Origin: Gekko japonicus
Lineage: Eukaryota
Assembly (NCBI RefSeq): GCF_001447785.1
Contig: NW_015163615.1
Coordinates: forward strand, 705,433 to 769,432
Length of the DNA: 64,000 nt
Reading direction: 5' to 3'
Numbering within the stretch: the first letter of the stretch is position 1; every line of letters starts with the position of its first letter. A program made the position numbers and the translations under genes. This document shows positions 12,167 to 24,400 of the stretch, piece by piece. Below the pieces are notes generated by a model. The model had not been told where the DNA came from, did not search any database, and saw only the letters and a list, made by a program, of their open reading frames with translations.

Positions 12167-12668
12167 TGATTGCCATTAGAAGCCTGCTCCACTCTCCCAG
12201 CCTACAACCGAACGCCTCCTGCCGGTTGCTGCGGGTGTGCGCGCGTCCCCACAGTCGGAAAGGCTAAAGAAGCCTTTGGACGCGTCGTCAGACATCCTCA
12301 GGAAAACGAACGTCGACATTTTAATAGGGTTGGTGCTGAGTGGGACAAGCTGTCACGCGGGCAGTCCTGGGCAAACTGCGCAAGTCAATCGTGTGCAGAT
12401 TTACTCGAGTCCCTTTTTAATTAAATGATTGCCATTAGAAGCGTGCTCCACTCTCCCAGCCTACAACCAAACGCCTCCTGCCGGTTGCTGCGGGTGCGCG
12501 CGCGTCCCCACAGTCGGAAAGGCTAGAGAAGCCTTTGGACGTGTCGTCAGAAATCCTCAGGAAAACGAACGTCGACATTTTAATAGGCTTCGTGCTGAGT
12601 GAGACAAGCTGTCACGCGGGCAGTCCTGGGCAAACTGCGCAATTCAATCGTGTGCAGATTTACTCGAG
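12167..12668. repeat. Tandem duplication, two ~243-bp copies (period 259)
   Basis: 12167-12409 and 12426-12668 are near-identical (TGATTGCCATTAGAAGC...GATTTACTCGAG). Confidence 0.95.
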
Positions 12669-12809
12669 GATGTGGCTGAATGCAGTGGGCATCACTTCAG
12701 AGTAAATACTCTTTAGGCTGCGTTGGGAATTGACTGTCCGGCATGAACTTTTGGTCGAGAGGTGGGGGTATTTAAATAACAAGCCGGCGGCAGACTGGAG
12801 GGAAACGCG

Positions 12810-12850
12810 GCTGTGGGGGCGGGGCTTGCGTTTCCTTGCGCGCATGCGCC
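12810..12850 (+). promoter_or_regulatory. TCTA CpG-island promoter with GC box and NRF1 site
   Basis: GGGGGCGGGGC at about 12815-12825 and GCGCATGCGC at 12840-12849, about 115 bp upstream of the TCTA ATG. Confidence 0.6.
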
Positions 12851-12962
12851 GCCGTGCGATTTCCCTGCGCCTGCCTCCTTGTTTGCGCAGCAGGAGTTCT
12901 AGAGGGGCCGGCCGGGCAGAGCTCCCGCTTCCCTCCCCTTGCGCGGGGTCCGGGTGGGGAGG

Positions 12963-15900
12963 ATGGCGGCTGCTGCCGGTGAGTGGGAGGCTCCGTCGCG
13001 GGCGCTGAGGGCGCTGACCTGGCTCGGGCAAGAGTTCATGTCGGACTGGGAAGCCCAGGACTTGCGGGCCGCCCTCTTCCAGCTGCTCTTGCTCTGGCTG
13101 CTTGTGAGCTTGCTGGGTATCCAGGTGGCCTGGCGAGTCTATGGGAATACTGTCACCGGCCTCTACTACCGGCAAGGTAAGCCTCTCTTCTCGCTCGGTG
13201 CTCTGCTCCGCCACTCTTCTCCCGACCGTGGAGCCGGCTGTACGCATACAGGGTGGTCTTGGCATTGTCTCTCTCTTACCGCTGGCATCTGTTTGCATTG
13301 TCTTTCCTGCCTCCTCCTCTGTATTCTCAGTCCTGTTCGTGTCTCTCAAAGCCTTCAGGCCTCGGCCTCTGTTTTATAGTAGTAAATCTGGAGCCTGTCT
13401 TCTGCCAGAGATCAGTGGCTGGAGTCCTAAACTAAATAAAGTATTAACTGGCCAGAGGCAGGTGGCTGTGGAAGCAGGGTTGAGTCTTGATGTTGACTTA
13501 TGCCTTTGGTGGCAGTTCACTTTGGAAGATGGGGGCAGGCCGGCCCTCATTGTTTCTGTGCTTTTCATAAAACTAGTTGCTGCTGTCCTGACCTGGGTCG
13601 CTCAGGCAAGCCTGATCTCGTCAGATCAGGGAAGCTAAGCAGGGCTGATTCTGACAAGTACTTGGGAAGGCGACCTCCAAGGAATACCAGGGCTGGGACA
13701 CACAATGCCCTAGCACTACTAGGGGTCGCCAGAAGTCACCATAACTTCCAGGCTCGCAAACACGCACACACACACACACGATCCTCACCAGAAAAAGAAA
13801 ACTAGTTGCTGCCTTGGGCTGTACTTTCTGTTGTCAGGCCCTGTTGACTTTGATGCCTTGACCTTGTTGGACTGAACAGCCAGCACAATGCAAAATAATT
13901 CTCCACTCCCTAATCTCACCCCTGTCCAAGACTACGCAGTAGTCTGGTACTGGGTTAGGTAGGTGTTGCAATGGCAGCTGTTTCCATAGTGACATTGTGA
14001 GTAAACATCTTTTGAGAGTGAAGCATCTTTAAAGAAAGCTAATTTGCAGTACAATCTAGACTGGAATAGCTCTGCAGGGGAAGGTACTGTTGGAGTAGCC
14101 ATGTCAGACAGGGGAGACCTGGGTTCAGATCCCCCACATAACTATGAAGCTTATGGATTGACCTTGAGCCTGTTTGTCTGTCTCTCTCTCTGCCTTGCTG
14201 GGTTTTTGCAAGAGGAAAAGTTGAAAAGAGAGCCTTATGTGTTGCCCTGTGATAGGTTAGACTAGCTTTTGAAACTTGGTGCTTGCCAAGCCTCTCTCGT
14301 GTGTTCTGCTTTTATAATATTTTTTCATGACATTCTTGGGGTCACTTAACTGAATACATTGGGGACTGAACTCTACTAAAGCAAGACAAAGTATCTGCTC
14401 TGCCACTGAGCCACAGCCCCCTTTATGGCCCTTCTCCTTCTGTGCATGAATTGTACATCAGAGTCAACAGAATCCAAATGAGACATCAAGGGATCTGCAT
14501 CTGCTGAACTTTTTCTCCTTTGGATACCTAATTTCCTGAAAGCTGAGATATTTGATGTTGTTGCCTGAGGACCGGAAAGATTATTCAGCCTTGCTGGAAT
14601 GGTGCCTAAGAACAGTGAGTCCTTGAAAGGCTAACTGATTAACTTTGGCGTGAACCAAGACTACTTTCTAATGACACCACTGACTGCTATGGGCCAAACT
14701 AGACGTGAAGGCATCCTTAAAATTCTGGCCCACTGACATCAGCCCAACAGAATGTGTCATATTGCAGGAATCAGGCAATGTTTCGGGGTGGGAGACCAGA
14801 AGTACCTTCTGCCGCAGTTGGTGCTGTCTAATGTTTCGGATTTGATGTTAGTTACTTTGATTAACATTAGTAGGATTGTTGAGGCCTAGGTTTTTAAGCA
14901 TCTAGAATGACTTGCTTAGTGTTACTGATACCAGGACACAACATGCTATTTGTAAAGATTTTTAATTATGTCTTGATGGCAGCCATACTAGTGACAGCTA
15001 GACACTAGAAAACAGAAGCCCTCCTCTAGAAAAGCCAGTGACCTAACAAAGTCAGGCGTGTCTTAGCCATGGAAAACCTATCCACTGGATTAAGCTGGGT
15101 TGACTAGTCCATCTGATTTCTTAACGGCTTGTTTCCTTTTCCTGCAGTCTGTCGTGATCTGTCTCAGGCCCTGTAAATATTTTTTTTACCAACTCATATT
15201 TAGAAAGGATTTTGATACTTTCTTCTATTAAGTATCAAAACCCCTTAATACAACAATTCACAATCCTTAAAGTGCACAGTTCAGCTCTATTATTTGATTT
15301 CAACTTGGGAGAGCTCCTGGGGGTTGTATTGTTACGTTTAATTGTTTTGTTATTTCTTAATGCTTCTTACTTAAAGAATAAAAATAGTTTAAAATGGTAG
15401 TTTAAAATGGTTTGTGTGGAAATACCTTACCTCTCATTTTCTGTCAGCTACATAACAGTAGTGTCTTCATTTTTTTGTTTTTAAGATTATTGGGTCTAAA
15501 AGTGATCAAGAATATATATGGCCATTTTATTTCTTTCAATCACATTAGTTTCCAGATAAATCATCCTGTAATTTCTGGGACTAATGTTTTAGTTGAGCAC
15601 ATAGGAGGCTTTCTTTTTTTTTTTTTGGATTACTGAGATCCTCTCTCAGATGCCTTTCTACAGTTTGTTTATATAAAATATTTTCCAAAGGATCCAAAGT
15701 TCCCAGTTTCCTAGTTTTTGGGCATTATTTGCTGCCTTATATTCCAACCTCAGCACAAGCATTGTCTGCTTGGTTATACTGATTTGTTATAATGCATCAC
15801 TCTTCTGAAAAGTTCCTCTAAATTGGAGTGATCAAAGAGACTGTGAGAGGAACAGGCTTGTTCAGTATCCCAAAGAGGAATGGAAGCTGTGCAAAAAATA

Positions 15901-16480
15901 GGTGCTAAATAAGCGTTACTGCAGAACTCACTTTAGGAAGAAATCTTTCATCTGACCCAATCATTTGCTGATAGCTGCCAAAATTTTCCTATCAGAATAG
16001 CCTTTTGTGCTACATTTGACCAGTCTATTCTGAAGGACAGAGAGAAATCCAGGGGCAGTTGCTGTCTCCCTCCCCAGTCGGTGAGTTGTGCGGCAATATT
16101 AAATAGAATTAAAGTTATTTTTCCCTATTCCATTTTTTTTCCTTAATCCCATTGTGAGAAACTTTGGTAGTTCTTCCCGGAGTGGAACAGTTTCAGAGGA
16201 AACGTTTGCCTGACTGTTTTCTATTCCTCTCCAGGTCCTGGAGGACAGAATGGAGGAACACCAGATGGATCCTCCCACTTCTCAATGTGGTGAGTGTCTT
16301 AGACTGCTGACTTGGAGCACCCCCCCCCTCCCCGTGGTGAAATCAGTGACAGTCTGGATATCTCATGCTGGAGAAAGCGGGATGATTTCTCTCAGAAGCC
16401 TCTGATTTACTAATGTGTTGTATCTGATTTTCCTTAGGGAGAGCGTAAGAAATGAAACTATGAAAACTCATCGGGAATGA
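12963..16480 (+). CDS. TCTA: T-cell leukemia translocation-altered gene protein homolog (103 aa)
   Basis: Exons 12963-13176, 16235-16289 and 16438-16480 (312 nt, GT-AG). Peptides [73 protein letters not shown] match TCTA. Confidence 0.95.
13586..13780 (+). mobile_element. 5S rRNA-derived SINE (5S-Sauria-like)
   Basis: cctgatctcgtcagatcagggaagctaagcaggg..agtacttgg..gacc..ggaatacc aligns with the 5S rRNA internal region; followed by a ggggtcgcca RTE-like 3' end and a (CA)n tail. Confidence 0.65.
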
Positions 16481-18403
16481 CGATAGGAGCTGACAAAACC
16501 AAACTGTTGCAAAACCAGGAGCACAGAGGATGCCTGTCGGGCCAGAGGCCTTGGCCCTTAAGGGCTGAGGAAATTGCAGCCGTACTTGCCCTTTCTCCTG
16601 CCCTGTGGCCTGGCTGCTGGCCGACACTGGTGCTGTAAGGATTGCTCACCTGTGACCACTCCTGTCCATCCTGTTATCAAGTGTGGAGTGTCTCAGGGTT
16701 GCTCTGCTCAGGTTGGGGAAGCTAACGTTTCCCTCCTTTAGGTTGTTTGCATTCTTCCTTTTACTATAGTGCTAATCATTTTGCAAACCATCCTTGGGTC
16801 TCTGTTTAGTGTCAAGCTAAGCCCATTGGGTTGGTTGGGCCCCACTTTTCTTTCTGCAGTTGCGTTTTGATTTCTCTTGGCTTGAAACAACCTCAGCTCA
16901 AATGGGAAGCAAATTTCAAGGATGAGAAGAACACTGATGTTGCGGAAAGCCCCAGATTTTAGTTTACAGGTTAAGCCATCCTTGCAAGTATCAGATAAGT
17001 CTTTGGGATGCTGTGGTGGCCTAGTCCAAGAAATTTGAAATCTTTCCTGTTTCTCTGCCGCAATCAGTCTTTGCACGGTGTGTCTCCACTGCGATCATTG
17101 AGCTCACCAGCTTCCACAGATGTTCGCTTTCCAAAGCATAGTTCTTGGTGCTCATGCCCTGGAGGAGTAATGTAGGATGTGCTCTGCAGCTGTGTGGTAT
17201 TAGAGGTGCTGACGTGTCACTTCATTCTGCCAACTGCTCCCTCCTGGTTGGTTGTGTATAATGTACAGATTATAAAGACATAATGGACAAAGCAAACCAT
17301 GCGTTTCTTATTGCAGTTGCTGATGCTGTTAGTACTTCATGAACGCTTCTAGACATGAAGTCACTTAAGCATAGGCTCCTTTCTAGGCATTTTTCACAGC
17401 CCAAAGTAGCACCTTCAAGTTCTACCTTGTGAATTTTCTAGACCAAAAAGAAATGGGGGGATTCATCTAAGCTGAAGAATTGCTGAGAATGCTGCTTCTT
17501 TCAAATTCTGGATTGCCAATTCAGTGTTTCTAGAACAGGACCTCTTTAGAAAAACAGTTGTCTGCCTTAGGTAAAAAGGAATTTGTGTGCCTAATCAGAA
17601 AGAAGAGAATGAAACTAGCCAAGAAGTCACTTAGTGCAGTGAATGAAGCCAAGTCCATTCTTGGCCTGCCCGTATCTCAGATCTTGTTTGTAGGTCAGCA
17701 TCCTCTTTGAGACTAGAAGTCCTGTTACCAATAATGTAAGTTTCATATTGATATTTGTTTGAGATGGTGGAACTGTGAATGGTGGACTCCAGTTTCTTAC
17801 AGGGACCACCTGGAGACGATATCTCACATCTTTTACCCAAGGGAATAAAAGCTGGGATCAAAAGAAACATGTTTGTTAAGGTCGCCATGACTTCCAGGCA
17901 TGGGCATGGGCGCACACACGAACCCCAATAGCTCTGATGCTGACACATATCAAGGGGACAAACCAGTGAGATTACTTCTTCCTCCTGTAAGAGCAGGAAC
18001 AATCAGCAAGGCTGTCAAATTTACTAGCTGAACACAGATCAGATCAGGGCATATTGCCTATGACTGCATTTCAAATAACTAGACGGCAGCAGAGAAGTTC
18101 AGGGCACTTTTTATTTTTTCATTAAATTACAGAAACCAGTCCAGAACTAGGCAGGCTCTGTGCAGGGACTGGGGCAGCTCCAGTTATTGCTATGTCAGTG
18201 CTAGTTTAAAGGAGCAAGCCACCTGGGACTAGTCTATGCTGTCCTTTTTAGTTACTAAGGCAGTTTCTTCAGCAGTTGAAGCTGATCTTCCTCTTTCTTT
18301 ATTGATTGGTTTTAGCAGCTACCATTCCTAAAGGATGTGTCCATGGCCCTCTGCTTCCCTATAGGTTGACAGAGTACAAAAAAGAATCTGTGCCAGCAGT
18401 TAC

Positions 18404-21400
18404 TCATTTCACTGTGTAGTAGTGGGTGGGTACAAAGGGCATCTTGGTCACTTGAGCTGGGTAGCTCTTCTTCCTCACTTCTACCATGATGGCTGTATTC
18501 AGTTTGCTGTGTTCACTCTCCACGTAGCCCATGGCAATGTTCTTCTGCAGACAGGGTGAGGGACAGCCACTGGTAACCTCACCTTGTACAAGAAGGAAAG
18601 GCAGATTAATGAGAAACATATAACCTCTACCAAATTTCTATAAGTAGGGAAACTCACCGCCCTTAATGGCCCTAGCTTTGCTTGAGTGTGACCTTGTAGC
18701 TATAGACTGAGTAGTTTGATAACCTATGGAAGGGATGCACAGTCAAGCAGTTGGCGGCTGCTCTTGGTATCCAGCAGAGTTCTTCAAATGTTATTTGCAA
18801 TAGCTGAACTGCTAGGATGTGCTGCATTAGAAGTTGACTAGGAGCTACTTTGAAACAATTAAAATTCTAAAATACCAGAAGCGCTTTAAAGACAAAATTG
18901 ATTCAGCATAAATGTTTCATAAACTTGTGTACTTGATATGTTCATAAAGCTCACTGGGCGATCTTGGGACAGTTATTCTCATTGAAGCTGGAATGAATTT
19001 TGTTAGTCTCTAAGGTGCCACTGGACTTTCAGGCACTCACCCAGAGTAACCGGGGTGGGGGACCATTCAGAACTGCTGTTCTACCTACCAATGATTTTGT
19101 CTTCTGGACCAAGGATTGGCATGTGCTGACGGATAGGAGGCCCCGTGGAAATCAGTCCTACACGTTTCCTCTTTGGCTTTTCTTTGATTTGAGCCAAAAT
19201 GATATGCGCACCAGGAAAATCCATGGCAATACGGCGGCGTTTCCCTGGGAACCAGTCAGAAGGAAAGTGTTATTGCTAGTATTCAGATTAGGAATTCCAC
19301 TGCTGTGGTCCAAATGACCCTGCAATTGTGGGCAAATATATATTACGTAGCCTTTCAGCCATGCTGTTGAACAACTCTTACAGCTTCCTTCTCCTTGCCA
19401 ATATATTGTTTTTGTGTTTTTCCTGCTCAGCATGCCCTGGACCGTGGAATACCCTGTTTTCCTGAAAAGAAGACTAGGTTTTTGCTGACAGCCTATCTTA
19501 AATTTGCATTGAAGTTACAGTTACCTACAGTAATAACCTTTTGTGAATAATATTTTTAGAGGGATAGTCTTACATCCAGGGTTGTCTTCCTTTTGGGTTG
19601 ATTTTGATGGAGGGTAGGAGCTTGATCAAGTTCTGCATTCAGCCAGGAAAACAAGGGGAAGGCACAAATCCAAAGATGCCGCAAACACCTACCCAGAGTC
19701 CATGTCAGACTGGCCTCCACAGGAGTCGTGCTCTCCTCAATGTCGTTCCCGTAGAGACAGAGCCCTGCCTCCAAGCGCAAACTATCTCGAGCAGCGAGTC
19801 CAGCCAGCCACACAGTTGGATCCCTGAGCAGTAGCTCAGCCAGCTCCACTGCTCGGCTTGCAGGGACAGAGATCTGGGCAGGGGAAAACATTTATTTGGT
19901 CAGTGGGCTTTTTACCCTTGCTTCCCAGTTTGTTACTCCCTCACCTTACCCACTCGTGACCCGCCTGATGATATTCACGTGGCCTGACTCCTCAGCCCCA
20001 ACCAGCTGTATTTGGTGTGCGGTTCCTTCTCTCTCTCCCCTCCCCCAACCTGAAATAACTGTTCCCTTCTCAGGTCTTCGCCTTGCAATCTGACATCATC
20101 AGACCACATCAACTCTGCTGTCACATTACCCCATCCCCTTTAATCCTTTGGGTGAGCTGACTGCATGGTACCTCTACGCCATCTTCGCCTGTGTAGCCAC
20201 AGCGTGTGACCCTGCAGCCTTGCACTCCAAATACACCCATCACCGCACTGCTCATGAAGGGCAGCTTAGCCAGATTGTCTGACACCCCAGCCTGCAGCAC
20301 ACGGGCCATGGCAGGACCTGGTAGAGGGAGGAGGAAGCAGAATAACAAGCTGAAAGCCTGCAAGCGGTTGTTAGTTCTTTGGATTCCCCCAAGACAAGTC
20401 CCAATTGAGTGCGGGAAGAATTGCATATTTCAGCTTTAGACTGTGTTTCACCCACATAATGAACACAATCTTCCTTCTCTTAGCCTAAGTCAGTGTTCCC
20501 TCTAAGCTGAGTTAGGGTGAGCTAGCTCACAGTTTTTTAGCCTCCGGCTCACACATCTTTGCCTTACCTCAGGAAGGAGGGCTCCAGAGCAAACTGATTT
20601 ATGCAGTAGCCAAATAGCTTGCTCACAACTTTAATGCCAGGAGCTCACAAAGTAGAATTCTTGCTCACAAGATTCCACAGCTTAGAGGGAACATTGGTCT
20701 AAGTATGTTTTGATTAGAGGTCAAGTGTAGAGAGGAGCATAGAACTGGGTACCAGCGTGTAATGAGCTTTTGATTTCAGGCCCAAGGCCAGTTGATATCC
20801 CCAAGAACTGGTCTTGCGGGACCCAAGGGAGCCTAACACAGCAAACCCAGGAGAATGTTTTAGATGGGAGCACAGGGAATGCAACAGAACAAAAGGAGCA
20901 GCTTGGAGCTAGCCAAGGGGGGGTGAGCAGGAACATTGCTTTGGCTTTGGAAATGCAGAGAAATGGGCACTGAAACAGTTCAGTGCATTCTTTTACAAGG
21001 TGGGGGCCTGGCCCTGTTACAGGTATACATGTTTCTTTAGTTTTGCAAAAGTGCGATTTACCTTGCAGAGCAAGCAAAGCATTGTCTGAGACCTCCAAAT
21101 CCACATCGCATCCAGCGGCTTTCATTTCTTTTGCCTTGTTCTGTGAGAAGAAACAAAGGTGACTGAAAGATCATGATGCACTAGGGACAGCCTCCCTTTG
21201 TCCATCCCATCCTTCCTGTAATGGGATTCAACAACCAGTGCAAGAGAGAGACTGATCAAGTCACCAAGAATAGCAGAAGTACTCGCCATCCCCGTTTCTT
21301 GTGTCGCCTCCTCCCCAGGGTGATCCTGGCTGGAAACATACCTGCATGAGGGCTAAATCTTTGTACATGCAGCCTGCATTGGAGACCACATAGAGGTGCT

Positions 21401-24400
21401 GCTCTGAGGTGCTGGTCACAATCAAGTCATCTATGATGCCTCCTTTTTCATGTGTGAACAGAGAGAGAGTGCCCTGGAAATAAAGCTGTGCTCAGCCTGA
21501 CTCCAGTGATCGATCTCTTAAGCTGACTGCAAAGAGGTTATTGCAATAGCCTGTTGTCGCAAAACAAAGGTCTACTGGCATTTTAAAGACTAAAAACAAG
21601 AGTAAAGCTCATTGAAACAGACACTGTTAGTCCTGAAGGTGCCACTGGACGTAAGTTACCAGGCAAAAGAAGACAGACTGAGCAATCTGGCTATAAGTTT
21701 GGGTAGAAATTAAATAATAAAGGATCAGGGTTAGGGGTAAGAAAGGCAGTCATTGGCCTCAATGGTGTTGGTGATTGCTGTGTGGAGGATAAATGTCCAA
21801 GAATTGCAGGCGCACCTATTAATGATGGACTGTGACATCAACTCCCCCCCAATGCCTACATAGATATTTTTTAGATACCTGCAATACTTGCGTGATTCAA
21901 AGCCACCAACACTATTGTGTTTTGTTAAGTGAGACAAAGAACTATAAGGTTGTTCTGTGACCCTTTTAACAATTTGCTTTGGGGTACTGGGTACTAAATC
22001 TCTGTGCCATCCATCCTGGGGACAGATGTACTACAAACTAGTACAGCTGTCCCCAGTAGCAAGACTGCTTCCACCCCACTCCTTATCCAGTACTTGGGAT
22101 ATGGTGCTGGATTACAGCTTGCAAAAAATAATGAAGTATGCTTCAGGCACATTGTATTTGTTCATAATTAAAAATCTATGCATTTTATTTATATTCATAA
22201 TTAAAAATCCGTGCATTACTTTTATTTATATTTGTTTCCCTGTCCTTTCTCAAGGGCTCAGGGAAAGTTCTCAGCCACCCTGTGAGCAGTCAGACTAAGG
22301 ACCAAACCAGTCACAACACTGTCAGCTCCGTGAACAGAGCCCCAAACATTTCTTTTTCTTTAAAGAGCGGGTGCCAGGGGCACAGTTGGGAGTGGGACTC
22401 CCCATACTGTTTATCTGAACTGAAATTACTACATGGAGCTGGTATTTGCCCTGGTGGCATACAGACATGTACCTGCATTGCATTTGCCCTGATGTGGCAA
22501 GTTGTTAGGTCCATGTGGCTATTTCAGGTCAGAAAAGTGGTATGAGGAAGGAGGCTGAAACCTCCCTCCCCTTGCACCACAGTCCTAATCTGAATTGGGC
22601 CCCTGCCCCTTAAAGCAAGGGAAATGCTGGGACCTCCATCCCATAACTTCCAGCAACATGCCCAACTGGGCTGTAACAGACTTAACTAAAAAAACCTAGT
22701 CAAGTAGGAATGTGGCTCTGGGAGTCCCATATCTAATCCCAACATGTTGTCCACTGGATCACATCTGTGTCTAACTCAAAGGCCTCCAACATACCTGATC
22801 AGGCTTCAGCTCTGCAATGTCCCCAACTACTAGGCTCTCCAGGAATTTCACCCGGTCTCTGCCAAACACTCTAGTCTGTGAAAGACAATAAATTCACATT
22901 GCCCACATTTTATGTAGTATTCAGGACACAATGAGGCTCCAGAGCTGGTCATGGCACCACTTTCCCAGCCAACAGCTGCATGGTTTGGTGCAGCTGAGTT
23001 GTACGATGTGACCAGAATTACCAGAAAAGAGTCCAGTATCGGGTTGCATCCCATGAAAGATTTCCGCTGATGGAAGGGGGGTGATTTTTGCCTGTCCCCC
23101 TTGTTGCTGCACTCCTCTGACTTCCCCCCCTCTTATGCTGTTCCTAGGGGTCCCCACTCCCCATCTCCCCGGAGCAGTATTGAGGGGGGGGGATTTTGAG
23201 GTGGAGCAGAAGGTAGCAGGTAAGAATATCACACTCTGCTGATAGAATTCCCTTCCATCAGCAGAAATTACTGCTCGATCTCTCAAGAGATCTCTCAAGA
23301 CCAGAAGGCATCATCATCATCATCACTGGCTAATGATACAAATATGAACTGATTTCCAATCCAAGCCAGATTTTAGAGATCTCTCAAGATCAGAAGGCAT
23401 CATCATCATCGGCTAATGATACAAATATGAACTGATTTCCATAAATTCGCGAAGGAGTTCATGCAGCAGGTCCTTGTGATAGGGAAATGTACTCTTTCAC
23501 AGCAGAAGCAGTACTGAGAGTTCTTAATTGGCGAAGGAGTTCATGCAGCAGGGAAATGTACTCTTTCACAGCAGAAGCAGTACTGAGTTCTAGAAAAAAG
23601 TGGCACCAATTGCATATAACCATAGGAGCCTGGCAATATCTTTAAAATTACAGAGAATTCTTTATCCTACTAAGAGCTTCCATGAAGAGCAGAGACAGTG
23701 TTACAAATTACTGACACAATGCAACACTCTGCTGTCTAAATTAAATGCCTGCTTCTGCATACATGGATTATGCCAGAGAGCTTATGCTACCAACCATGAG
23801 CTAAGTAATCACATTCAGTCTTTGGCATCAACCATCACTCCCCTAGCTCTGTAAATCCTTATAAATCAGCTCAGACCTTTCACATTGCTCTGCCCCTATA
23901 ATTCCCCCAAAGCATTTGAGACTAATTAAAAAAAACTGTTCCACATAGTGGGGGGAAACCAGGACCATTAGGATCACCGCTTATTAAAAAGTATTTGTGG
24001 TAAACATTCCATGGGGGGCTGCAGTTGGTCAAAGCTCCCTGGCTCATTTTCTAATAGTGTTGGGGAAAAACACACTTGCGCCTGGTGGAAGTGCAGAGGG
24101 CCACCATCTTGTCCTGTTCATCAAAACAGTCTTGTGTTTTTTTAGGGTACAAAAGCACCTGGCCTCTGTCAGATTGTCCCAGAAAGATCAACATTTGCCA
24201 GTTCTAACAGTGCCCACTAGGAGTGTATTTGGAGATGAAACTTCCAGTTTCCATTGAGGACAAGAGAAGCTACAGCAGTAATGCAGGGTCTTTCCTCTGT
24301 GGCCAGCTGCCCTCTCAGACCTTACCTGTAGCATGTGAGACACGTCAAAGAGTGAGCAGTGCTGACGTGTGTGCAGGTGGGATTCCAAGTGGCTGTGTGT

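Noticed and set aside
12660-13349. 229-aa minus-strand ORF
   Set aside because: Antisense shadow of GC-rich TCTA exon 1 and its CpG island; low complexity, no recognisable domain.
13600-13700. 5S rRNA gene
   Set aside because: Diverged, lacks proper 5S ends and continues into a SINE body, so it is a 5S-derived SINE.
23276-23592. CRISPR-like repeat array
   Set aside because: Vertebrate intron; the repeats are irregular local duplications without a constant repeat-spacer period.
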